Notes under the pieces: generated by a model
Told to the model about the DNA's origin: nothing
Databases searched by the model: none
The model's input: the letters and a program-made list of their open reading frames with translations, nothing else
Shown: piece by piece, positions 27,617 to 36,794 of the stretch
How the letters are laid out: the number at the start of each line of letters is the position of its first letter
How positions within the stretch are numbered: the stretch's first letter is position 1
Program-made: the position numbers and the translations under genes
NCBI GenBank assembly: GCA_948466095.1
Contig: CAOJZE010000001.1
Coordinates: 1 to 41,038 of the forward strand
Source: an uncultured Clostridium sp.
GTDB taxonomy: Bacteria; Bacillota; Clostridia; TANB77; CAG-508
Direction of reading: 5' to 3'
Length of the DNA: 41,038 bases

Positions 27617-28885
27617 ATGGATTATTTATATATACTAAGAGAAGCGCTTGTATGGACTATAACGATATTTTGGTTATATCAAATCATGGTAAGTTTATGT
27701 TCTTTAGTAAAAATAAAAGATAAACCGCTAAAAATAAACAAAAACCATAGATTTATGGCAATTATACCAGCACATAATGAAGAAACAGTCGTAGGAAATT
27801 TAGTAGAAAGCTTAAAAAAGCAAAATTATAACAAAGAATTATACGATATTTATGTGATTGCAGATAATTGTACTGACAACACAGCACAAGTAGCTAGAGA
27901 AGCAGGAGCCATTGTATATGAAAGATATCATGTAAGCAAAAAAACAAAAGGGCATGCTTTAGATTGGTTTTTACAACAAAAAATAGAAGAAAATGCTCCT
28001 TATGATGCGTTTTTTGTATTTGATGCAGATAACATTGTAGACCCAGATTTTATTAAGAATATGAATAAAAAATTATGCCAAGGAGAAGAAGTCGTACAAG
28101 GTTATAGAGATATTAAAAATCCAACCGATAGTTGGATTACAGCAGGGTATGCTATTTTTTATTGGACCATGCACAGATTCTATCATTTAGCAAGATATAA
28201 TTTAGGTTTATCACCATTGTTAAATGGTACAGGATTTATGGTAAGATTTGATGTTATTAAGCCAGAGGGCGGATTAAAAACAGTTACCTTGACAGAAGAT
28301 ATTGAATTTTCTTTAAAAAGAATTATCAAAGGAAAAAGATTAGGTTGGGCAACCGATGCCATTGTTTATGATGAGCAACCAGTAGGATTTAAACAAAGTT
28401 GGTCACAAAGAAGCAGATGGACAGTAGGACATATGCAATGTATTAAGGAATATACCAAACAATTAGCAGTAGCAGCACAAGAAAATAAAACGATGATGAA
28501 TTTTGATGGATTATTATATATTGTAGGTAGTATACCAATGTTTATTATTACATTAGTATTATTAGGAACTAATTTCTTAATGTATGCAGGAAATGGAATG
28601 ACGGAACTAGAATTAATGATTAATATATTAAGATACTTAGTACCAACCTTTTTACTACCAATTGGAACAGCAATAATTGTTATGTTATTAGATAGACGAC
28701 CAATTAAGCCAATGTTAAAAGGATTAGTATGTTATCCATTGTTTATGGGGTCTTGGTTAGTGATTAATTTTAAATGTTTATTTAAGAGAGAAACAACTTG
28801 GGAAAAAATCAATCATGTTAGAGATATTAAGATTGGTGATGTTGGAGAAGCAGAAGAAACAGTGGAAATATTGGAAAAAGTTTAA
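27617..28885 (+). CDS. Membrane-embedded processive family-2 glycosyltransferase (PgaC/IcaA/cellulose-synthase-like)
   Basis: An N-terminal TM segment, then 'IIPAHNEE', 'DNCTDNT', 'FDADN', 'LTEDIEFS' and 'QRSRW' (QxxRW), followed by C-terminal TM helices. Confidence 0.8.
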   Translation: MDYLYILREALVWTITIFWLYQIMVSLCSLVKIKDKPLKINKNHRFMAIIPAHNEETVVGNLVESLKKQNYNKELYDIYVIADNCTDNTAQVAREAGAIVYERYHVSKKTKGHALDWFLQQKIEENAPYDAFFVFDADNIVDPDFIKNMNKKLCQGEEVVQGYRDIKNPTDSWITAGYAIFYWTMHRFYHLARYNLGLSPLLNGTGFMVRFDVIKPEGGLKTVTLTEDIEFSLKRIIKGKRLGWATDAIVYDEQPVGFKQSWSQRSRWTVGHMQCIKEYTKQLAVAAQENKTMMNFDGLLYIVGSIPMFIITLVLLGTNFLMYAGNGMTELELMINILRYLVPTFLLPIGTAIIVMLLDRRPIKPMLKGLVCYPLFMGSWLVINFKCLFKRETTWEKINHVRDIKIGDVGEAEETVEILEKV

Positions 28886-28902
28886 AAAAAATGAAAAAAG
28901 GC

Positions 28903-28931
28903 TTGCATTTATACCAAAAAATGGGTATAAT
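28903..28931 (+). promoter_or_regulatory. SigA-type promoter candidate between the GT2 stop and the following terminator
   Basis: TTGCAT (28903-28908), a 17-nt spacer, then TATAAT (28926-28931). Confidence 0.4.
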
Positions 28932-28954
28932 AGTACAAGAAACATAAAATACAG

Positions 28955-28988
28955 CAAGAGTGGGAACAAATCCCACTCTTGATTTTTG
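28955..28988 (+). terminator. Rho-independent terminator
   Basis: Perfect 11-bp stem CAAGAGTGGGA (28955-28965) / TCCCACTCTTG (28971-28981), loop ACAAA, then ATTTTT. Confidence 0.65.
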
Positions 28989-28996
28989 GAAAATAG

Positions 28997-29116
28997 ATTG
29001 GGACATGGGACATGGGGACGTAGATAATGTCGCTATAATCCAATTAAGCATAAATAAACAAATTAAATAATTTGGAGATAGGGACATTATCTACGTCCCC
29101 ATGTCCATGTCCCAAT
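28997..29116. repeat. Palindromic intergenic element A1 (family A, GGGAC-rich arms)
   Basis: The left arm ATTGGGACATGGGACATGGGGACGTAGATAATGTC pairs with the reverse complement of the right arm GACATTATCTACGTCCCCATGTCCATGTCCCAAT. The only difference is a one-base indel. An AT-rich centre of about 50 bp separates the arms. Confidence 0.85.
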
Positions 29117-29138
29117 CTTCTAAAAAAAGGAGGAAGAT

Positions 29139-29598
29139 TTGGCAAATATAGAAGAAAGAGTAGAGGCTTTAATCAAGCCAACTATTGAACAAATGGAATA
29201 TGATTTATATGATGTGGAATATGCAAAAGAAGGTAAAAATTATTTTTTACGAATATTGATTGACAAACCAGAAGGAATTGACTTAGAGGATTGCGAAAAA
29301 GTAAATAATGCAATTAATGATTTATTAGATGAAGCAGATTATATCAAAGAACAATACTTTCTAGAAGTTTCTTCACCTGGCATTGAAAGAGTACTGAGAA
29401 AAAATAAGCATATCGAACAAAATATAGGGAAAGAAGTTCAAGTTAAATTATTCAAAAAAGATGAAACACGGAAAAAAAGAATATCAAGGAATCCTGTTAG
29501 GATGGGAAGAAGAAATACTAACCATAGAAAGTGAAGCAGAAGAAATAGAAATCGAACGTAAAAATGTAGCACAATTAAAGACAATTTATCATTGGTAA
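29139..29598 (+). CDS. rimP: Ribosome maturation factor RimP, split by a +1 frameshift near 29466-29480
   Basis: TTG start after AGGAGG. The N-terminus 'YDLYDVEYAKEGKNYFLRILIDKPEGIDLEDCEKV' is RimP-like. After 'KLFKKDET' the expected '...KKEYQGILLGWEEEILTIESEAEEIEIERKNVAQLKTIYHW*' is in the +1 frame. An A7 run lies at 29472-29478. Confidence 0.8.
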
Positions 29599-29622
29599 AA
29601 AGGAAAGGAAAGTGATTAAAAA

Positions 29623-30774
29623 ATGAAGGAGCAAGCAATTGACAACAAAGAATTAATTTTAGCATTGGAGGAATTAGAAAAAGAAAAGGGAATTCAAAAG
29701 GAGTATTTATTAGAATCCATTGAAACAGCATTAGTAACAGCCTATAAGAGAAACTTTGAGTCATTAGAAAATGTAAAAGTACAAATGGACCAAAAAACAG
29801 GTGCCACTCATGTATACGCCTTAAAAAAAGTAATGAAAAGGGTGACTGACAAAGATGTGCAAATTAATATGAAAGAGGCGCAAAAAATCAATCCAGATTA
29901 TAAAGAAGGAGATATGGTTGAAATAGAAATTGTACCAAGAGATTTTGGTAGAATTGCAGCACAGACAGCAAAGCAAGTCATTATTCAAAAATTAAGAGAA
30001 GCAGAAAGAGAAATTATTTATACAGAATTTAATGATAGAAAAGGAGAAATTGTCTCAGGTTTAGTTCAAAAAGCAGACCACAATATTGTGGTTATGGATT
30101 TAGGAAAGTTAGAAGGAGTGATGCCTTCTAAAGAGCAGATTCCAACCGAGCATTATCATGTCAATGATAAAGTAAAAGGATATGTATTAGAAGTGGAAAA
30201 AGGTGCGAAAGGAACACCACAAGTAATTGTATCTAGAAGTCATCCTGATTTTGTAAGAAAATTATTAGAATTTGAAATACCAGAGATTTATGAAGGGGTA
30301 ATCGAAATTAAGAGTGTTTCGAGAGACCCAGGATACAGAAGCAAAGTAGCGGTGCATTCGCCAGACCCTAACATTGACCCAGTGGGCTCTTGTGTTGGAC
30401 AAAAGGGAGTTAGAATTCAAAATGTAATCAATGAATTAAATGGAGAGAAGATTGATGTCATAGAATGGAATGAAGACCCATCTATTTATATTGCATCAGC
30501 ATTGCTTCCAGCACAAATATTGGCGGTGGATATTAAGGAAGAGGAAAAATTTGCTCAAGTAATTGTTCCAGATGACCAATTATCATTAGCCATTGGAAAA
30601 TCAGGACAAAATGCGAGATTAGCAGCCAGATTGACAAGCTGGAAAATAGATATTAAGTCAGAAACACAATTTAGAGAAATGCTAATGAATGCACAAAATG
30701 AAGAAGTAGAAGAAACAGTAGAAGAACCAGTAAATGAAATTGTAGAAGAAGCACAACCAGAGAACGAAGAATAA
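29623..30774 (+). CDS. nusA: Transcription termination/antitermination factor NusA
   Basis: The N-terminal, S1 and KH domain pattern is present ('GEIVSGLV', 'DPVGSCVGQKGVRIQ', 'SLAIGKSGQNARLA'). The operon position after rimP fits. Confidence 0.95.
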   Translation: MKEQAIDNKELILALEELEKEKGIQKEYLLESIETALVTAYKRNFESLENVKVQMDQKTGATHVYALKKVMKRVTDKDVQINMKEAQKINPDYKEGDMVEIEIVPRDFGRIAAQTAKQVIIQKLREAEREIIYTEFNDRKGEIVSGLVQKADHNIVVMDLGKLEGVMPSKEQIPTEHYHVNDKVKGYVLEVEKGAKGTPQVIVSRSHPDFVRKLLEFEIPEIYEGVIEIKSVSRDPGYRSKVAVHSPDPNIDPVGSCVGQKGVRIQNVINELNGEKIDVIEWNEDPSIYIASALLPAQILAVDIKEEEKFAQVIVPDDQLSLAIGKSGQNARLAARLTSWKIDIKSETQFREMLMNAQNEEVEETVEEPVNEIVEEAQPENEE

Positions 30775-30819
30775 GCGAAATAATATAAACATACAATAAA
30801 AGGAAGGACACGTAAAGTT

Positions 30820-31080
30820 ATGAAAAATCAACCACAGAGAACTTGTATGGGGTGTAATAGCAAAAAGGATAAAAGAGATTTGATTCGAATTGTAAAAAAT
30901 AAAGAAAATGAGATAAGCATTGATAGAACGGGAAAACAAGAAGGCAGAGGTGCTTACTTATGTGATGATATACAATGCTTAGAAAAAGTCATCAAATCCA
31001 AAAGATTAGAAAAAATATTAGATAGTAAAATATCAGAAGAAATTTATGAAAATTTAAGAGGTGTGATTCTTGATCAATAA
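30820..31080 (+). CDS. ylxR: YlxR/RnpM family (DUF448) RNA-binding protein
   Basis: Contains 'RTCMGCNSKKDKRDLIRIV' and 'GRGAYLC'. The position between nusA and infB is conserved. Confidence 0.8.
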   Translation: MKNQPQRTCMGCNSKKDKRDLIRIVKNKENEISIDRTGKQEGRGAYLCDDIQCLEKVIKSKRLEKILDSKISEEIYENLRGVILDQ

Positions 31081-31390
31081 TAAAATATTAGGTTTAATGG
31101 GGTTAGCAGCAAGAGCTAGAAAAGTTTGTTTTGGAGCAGATAGTGTGGAGTTACAAGTCAAAAAGAAAAAAGTTTATTTAATGATAGTAGCCAAGGACGC
31201 ATCGGATAGAACCAAAGACAAATTTAGAAACATAAGTTACGAATATGATATACCAATTATCATAGAAGGGGAGATTGAAATTTTGAGCAAAGCCATTGGA
31301 AAATCCAATAAAGCAATTATTGGAATAGAAGATAGTCATTTAGCTAGCGAAATACAAAAAATAAATAATGGGGGTGAACTTATTGGGTAA
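31070..31390 (+). CDS. ylxQ: L7Ae/L30e-family RNA-binding protein (YlxQ-like)
   Basis: 'LGLMGLAARARKVCFG' and the size are typical of YlxQ. The position upstream of infB is conserved. Confidence 0.7.
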   Translation: MINNKILGLMGLAARARKVCFGADSVELQVKKKKVYLMIVAKDASDRTKDKFRNISYEYDIPIIIEGEIEILSKAIGKSNKAIIGIEDSHLASEIQKINNGGELIG

Positions 31391-34218
31391 GATTAAAATA
31401 CATGAAATTGCAAAAAAATTAGGCTTAACCAGTAAAGAAATATTAGATGTAGCAACTAGATTAAAGATAGACGTAAAAAGTCATTTGAGTGGAGTAGAGG
31501 AAGACGAAGCAAAGAAAATAGAAAGTGCATTAACCAAAAAAGAAGGAAAAAAGAAGGAAGAAAAGGATAAAAACGTGAAAAAAGAAGAGAAAGCACCTGT
31601 TATCATTAGAAGAGAAGTTATTATAGCACAAGAAGAACCAGAAAAGAAAACAGAGGTAGTGAAAAAAGAAGGAAAGAAAAATAATGTTGGTTTTGTAGAA
31701 AGAAATCAAAACAAAGATTATTTATCGTAATAAGCCAAATAAACCAATGACGGTTAGTGAATTATTTGGTCTTAAAAAAGAAGAACCAAAACAGGAGGAG
31801 CCAGTTAAAGAAGAGGTACAACCAAAAGTAGAACCTGTTAAAACGAACGTAGAAGAGAAACAAGAGCCAACAACACCAAGAGTACAAACAAAGGAAGCCC
31901 CTAGAACTAGAAATACAGAGAGACCATTGAATCAAAATAGAGACAATAGAAATAATAACTATAATAATAGAAATAGAAATCAAAATAACCCAAATAATAA
32001 TTATAGAAATAATAATTTCAACAGAAACCATAATGACAATAGAGGAAATTATAATAATAACAATGGTAATAATAGATTTAATAATAATAGAAATAATGGG
32101 GAAAGATATGGAAGAAGGCCATTAGATGAAAAGGGAATTGAGAAAAACATCAAAAATATTATGGCGGTAGAGACAGGAGAGAAAGAAACGGTAAGAGAAT
32201 ATAACAGAGGGCAAGATAAACAAAGAAATAATAGATTTGATGAAAATAGAACCAATAAGAAATCTAAAACCAGGAGAAATAATGCAGGAAATGATTTTGA
32301 TGAAGGCAAATTAAAAAATCTAAAACAGACGAATCGTTTATCTAATATGTTTAATGACCAAGATGGTGGTATGTTAGATTACTATGATTTAACAACAGAG
32401 CGTGGAAGAAGAGGCAAGAAGAGAAATAACAAAAATCAAGAAGAAAGAACCAAACAAAAAATATTCAAATTAACGGATATTCAAATTCCAGAAACCATTA
32501 CGGTAAAAGACTTTGCTGCTGAAATGAAAAAAACAACAGCAGAAGTTATTAAAAAGTTGCTAGGATATGGAATCATGGCATCTATTAATAATGAAGTTGA
32601 TTTTGATACAGCTTACCTGATTGCACAAGAATTTGGTATCAATGCTACGAAAAAAGAAACGGTAACAGAAGAGGACATTTTATTTGATGATTCAGAAGAT
32701 AGAGCAGAAGATTTAGAGACAAGACCACCAGTTATTGTTGTTATGGGACACGTAGACCATGGTAAAACTTCATTGTTAGATGCGGTTAGAAAAACCAATG
32801 TCATTGAAGGAGAAGCAGGTGGTATTACCCAAGCCATTGGTGCATATAAAGTAAAAGTAAAAGATAGAGAAATTACTTTCTTAGATACACCAGGACATGA
32901 AGCGTTTACAGCGATGAGAGCAAGAGGAGCGCAGATTACGGATATTGCTATTTTAGTCGTGGCTGCCAATGATGGAGTAAAACCACAAACCATAGAAGCG
33001 ATTAATCATGCTAAATCAGCAGAAATACCAATTATTGTAGCGGTTAATAAAATGGATTTACCAGATGCCAATATGGATAAAGTAAAACAAGAATTAATGG
33101 CCTATGAATTGGTACCAGAAGAATGGGGAGGAGACACTATTTTTGTGCCAATCTCTGCTAAGAAAAATGAAAATATTGACCAATTATTAGAAATGGTATT
33201 ATTAGAAGCCGATGTCTTAGAATTAAAAGCAAATCCAAATAAACAATCCAAAGGAACTGTCATCGAAGCAAGACTAGACAAAGCAAAAGGTGCGATTGCT
33301 ACGATGTTAGTACAAAGAGGAACGCTAGATGTGGGAGATACGATTGTAGTAGGTTCATCGATTGGTAGAATCAGAGCCATGAAAGATGACAAAGGTAAAA
33401 GCGTAAAAGCTGCTGGTCCTTCTACACCAGTAGAAATTATGGGACTAACAGAAGTACCATCAGCAGGAGATACTTTCTATGAGGTTAAGAATGAAAAAAT
33501 GGCAAAACATCTAATTGAAAGAAGAAAACATCAAGAAAGAGAAAAAGCAATTAATAGCACAACGAAGGTGACTTTAGACAATCTATTTAGTCAAATGGAA
33601 GAAGGAAATCTAAAAGTATTGAATTTAATTGTAAAAGCAGATGTACAAGGTTCTGTAGAGGCGGTAAAACAATCTTTAGAAAAACTAGAGAATGAAGAAG
33701 TTAGAGTCAAAGTAATTCACGCAGCAGCAGGAGCGGTTAATCAATCTGATGTTACACTTGCTAAAGTCTCAAATGCGATTATCATTGCCTTTAACGTAAG
33801 ACCAGATAATATGGCGAAGGAAATGGCAGAAAAGGATGAAGTGGAAATCAAACAATATTCTATTATTTATCAAGCCATTGAAGATGTAGAAGCTGCTATG
33901 AAAGGAATGCTAGACCCAGAATTTGAAGAAAAAGTAATTGGAAATGTGGAAGTAAGACAAACCTTTAGAATATCTAATGTTGGAACGATTGCAGGTGGCT
34001 ACGTTTTAAGCGGAAAAGTAGAGAGAAATGCAGGTGTGAGAGTGATTCGTGAGAATGTGGTTATTCATGATGGCCATTTGGCAACTTTGAAGAGATTTAA
34101 AGATGAAGTAAAAGAAGTCGGTAAAGGCTTTGAGTGTGGTATGCAAATCGAGGATTATAACGATATCAAAGAAGGCGACACAATTGAGGTGTATATCATG
34201 GAGGAAATTTCTAGATAG
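31383..34218 (+). CDS. infB: Translation initiation factor IF-2, split by a +1 frameshift within 31699-31730
   Basis: The IF2_N-like '[25 protein letters not shown]' is in frame 0 (stop at 31730). The rest is in frame 1, with the G-domain motifs 'GHVDHGKT', 'DTPGH' and 'NKMD'. The likely start is the TTG at 31383, following GGGGTG. Confidence 0.9.
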
Positions 34219-34347
34219 GGATTGAGGGACGTTCCTTAAAATCCCTGTTTCAGGGAATAGGGGGACACTCCTTAAATGATGAAAAGAAAAAAGACTGTCC
34301 CCTAAATCCCTAAAAAAGGGATTTTAAGGAACGTCCCTCAATCCCTT
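34218..34347. repeat. Palindromic intergenic element C (perfect 30-bp inverted arms, nested)
   Basis: AGGGATTGAGGGACGTTCCTTAAAATCCCT (34218-34247) is the exact reverse complement of 34318-34347. The inner imperfect pair is AGGGAATAGGGGGACACTC / GACTGTCCCCTAAATCCCT. Confidence 0.9.
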
Positions 34348-34369
34348 TTGAAGATAGGAGGAAAATAAA

Positions 34370-34729
34370 ATGCCAGAGAACCAAGCAAGATTGGGTCGTA
34401 TTGAAGAAGAATATAGAAAAGAGCTTAGCCAAATTATTGGTTATGAGCTAAAAAATCCGAATGTGACAGGTTTAATTAGTGTGACAAAAGTAAAAGTTAG
34501 TAATGACCTTAAATATGCTAGGGTATATGTTAGTATATTAAATGCAAAGAACTTGAAAGATACATTAGCAGGACTTAAAAAATCATCTGGTTTTATTAGA
34601 AGCGAATTGGCGAAAAGAGTCAATTTGAGAAATACACCAGAGTTAGTATTTGAGTTGGATGATTCATTGGAATATGGGGCAAAGATAGATACGATATTGA
34701 AGGAGATTATGCCTAAGAAAGAAGAGTAA
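34370..34729 (+). CDS. rbfA: Ribosome-binding factor A
   Basis: 'R..R..EE.RKELSQII..ELK.P...GLISVT.V.VS.DL..A.VY' is the RbfA pattern, and the position after infB fits. Confidence 0.9.
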   Translation: MPENQARLGRIEEEYRKELSQIIGYELKNPNVTGLISVTKVKVSNDLKYARVYVSILNAKNLKDTLAGLKKSSGFIRSELAKRVNLRNTPELVFELDDSLEYGAKIDTILKEIMPKKEE

Positions 34730-34752
34730 TTTAATCATCTTATTTAAGAAAA

Positions 34753-34862
34753 TTTATTATATTTTTATAGAAGTAACTCCTAGCTGCTAACAGTCTGTAA
34801 TTGTATAACAGACTGTAACTTGCTGGTTCCCCCGAATTGTTACTTTATAAAAATATAATAAA
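34753..34862. repeat. Palindromic intergenic element D2 (family D)
   Basis: TTTATTATATTTTTATAGAAGTAACTCC...ACAGTCTGTAATTGTATAACAGACTGT...TTGTTACTTTATAAAAATATAATAAA. Homologous to 25106-25214. Confidence 0.75.
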
Positions 34863-34916
34863 TTTTCTATATAAATGTTATAAAATGAAAACGTCTGTTA
34901 GAAAGAAGGAAAGAAA

Positions 34917-35873
34917 ATGACTTTAGATGAAATTTTAGAAGAAATAAAAAAAGCAGAAAGTATCGTTATTTTAACTCATGAATCACCAGATGGAGATGCT
35001 ATGGGTAGTAGCTTAGCTATGAAATTAATGTTACAAGAACTAAATAAGCAATCAGATGTCATCATCCCAGAATATCCAAGAATGTTTCAATTTTTGCCAT
35101 CATCTAATGAAATTAAAATGGACTCTGAAAGAAAGAAATATGACTTAGCCATTTCGGTAGATTGTGGTAACTTTAAGAGATTGGCAAAAAATGAATATTT
35201 TGAAAATGCTCAAAAAACAATTGTAATTGACCATCATGGAAGTAATAATATGTATGGAGATTTAAACTATGTCAATCCAGCATCACCAGCTTGTTGTGAA
35301 ATATTAATCAGTATGGCAGAATATTTTGGTGTTACCATCACAAAAGAAATAGGAACTTGTATTATGACTGGAATTATTACAGATACAGGTGGCTTTCGTT
35401 ATAGTGGCATTACACCAGATACTTTCGAATATACAGCTGAATTGATTCGAGTAGGAGTGGATATTCCTGATATTTATAAAAGAACAATGGGAACCAAGAC
35501 AAAAGCAAACTTTGAATTAACCAAAAGAGTAATCGATAGAATGGAATTGCTAGAAGATGGAAAGGTTTCTTTTAGTTATATGACATCTCAAGATGAACGA
35601 GAAGTTAATGCAGAATCAGGAGACCACGATGGATTAGTGAATATTGGAAAAGATATTGAAGGAGTGCAAGTAGCTATCTTTATTAGACAAAAAGATAATG
35701 AAGATGTTTATAAAGTATCGTTACGTTCGGAAGATGGTATCAATGTATCTGATATCTGTTTATTATTTGGTGGTGGCGGTCATGCAAGGGCAGCAGGAGC
35801 ATTAGTAAAAGGAACCATACAAGAAGTAAAAGAAAAATTAATGAAAGAAATAAAAAAATGGATGGAATCATAA
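34917..35873 (+). CDS. nrnA: DHH-family phosphoesterase (NrnA-like oligoribonuclease/pAp phosphatase)
   Basis: Contains the DHH/DHHA1 motifs 'HESPDGDAMGS', 'VIDHHG' and 'GGGGHARAAG'. Confidence 0.8.
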   Translation: MTLDEILEEIKKAESIVILTHESPDGDAMGSSLAMKLMLQELNKQSDVIIPEYPRMFQFLPSSNEIKMDSERKKYDLAISVDCGNFKRLAKNEYFENAQKTIVIDHHGSNNMYGDLNYVNPASPACCEILISMAEYFGVTITKEIGTCIMTGIITDTGGFRYSGITPDTFEYTAELIRVGVDIPDIYKRTMGTKTKANFELTKRVIDRMELLEDGKVSFSYMTSQDEREVNAESGDHDGLVNIGKDIEGVQVAIFIRQKDNEDVYKVSLRSEDGINVSDICLLFGGGGHARAAGALVKGTIQEVKEKLMKEIKKWMES

Positions 35874-36730
35874 TTATAAATAAACCAAAAAACTGTACTT
35901 CTCATGACATAGTAAGAAAAGCAAAAAAAATATTTCATGAAAAAGTAGGACATACAGGAACATTAGACCCAATGGCAACTGGTGTGTTGCCATTATTAAT
36001 AGGAAAAGGAACTTTATGTTCAAAATATTTAGTCAATCATGATAAAATATATGATGTAACATTAACATTGGGTGTTAAAACAGATACAGCAGATACAGAA
36101 GGTACTATGATAGGAAAAAAAGAGGTACCTCAAACTATTTTTCAAAAAGAAAACATAGAAGAAATATTGAAAAGTTTTTTAGGAAAACAAGAACAAATTC
36201 CACCAATGTATTCGGCGATTAAAGTAAAAGGAAAAAAATTGTATGAGTATGCTCGAAAGGGACAAACTATAGAAATACAACCAAGACAAATAGAAATTTA
36301 TAAAATAAAATTACTACAAATGGAAGAAGAACAAAAACAAATTCAATTTCGAGTGGCATGCTCAAAAGGTACTTATATGAGGAGCTTGTGTGAAGATATT
36401 GCACAGAGGTTGGGAACCATTGGTTATATGTCTGGCTTAAATCGAGTGCAAGTAGGGGATTTCAATATGGAAGTTGCAGTATCCATGGATCAATTAGAGA
36501 AAAACATACAAGATACAAAATTTGTGGAACAACATTTTATTACGTTAGAAAAGTTATTTCAAGAAAGACAAAGGATAAATTTAGAGGACAGAGAATTAAA
36601 ATTGTTTTTGAATGGCGTTAAATTAACACAAAAACTAAAAGATGAAAATTATCGAATTTATCATAATGATATTTTTATAGGAATAGGAATCGTCGAAAAT
36701 CAATTATTAAAAAGAGATATTGTAAAATAG
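35858..36730 (+). CDS. truB: tRNA pseudouridine(55) synthase
   Basis: 'GIIIINKP...TSHD' and the catalytic 'GHTGTLDPMATGVLP'. Confidence 0.9.
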   Translation: MDGIIIINKPKNCTSHDIVRKAKKIFHEKVGHTGTLDPMATGVLPLLIGKGTLCSKYLVNHDKIYDVTLTLGVKTDTADTEGTMIGKKEVPQTIFQKENIEEILKSFLGKQEQIPPMYSAIKVKGKKLYEYARKGQTIEIQPRQIEIYKIKLLQMEEEQKQIQFRVACSKGTYMRSLCEDIAQRLGTIGYMSGLNRVQVGDFNMEVAVSMDQLEKNIQDTKFVEQHFITLEKLFQERQRINLEDRELKLFLNGVKLTQKLKDENYRIYHNDIFIGIGIVENQLLKRDIVK

Positions 36731-36794
36731 ATAATATATTTTAACAGTTATAATAATGAAATCACTTTCATATATTTGAATAAAGTATAGGAGA

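Noticed and set aside
25463-31730. Programmed ribosomal frameshifting in whiA, rimP and infB
   Set aside because: No known programmed shift exists in these genes, and no slippery heptamer with a downstream structure is evident. All are simple +1 base excesses compatible with homopolymer or indel errors, and the same kind of defect also hits dinD and possibly two other ORFs.
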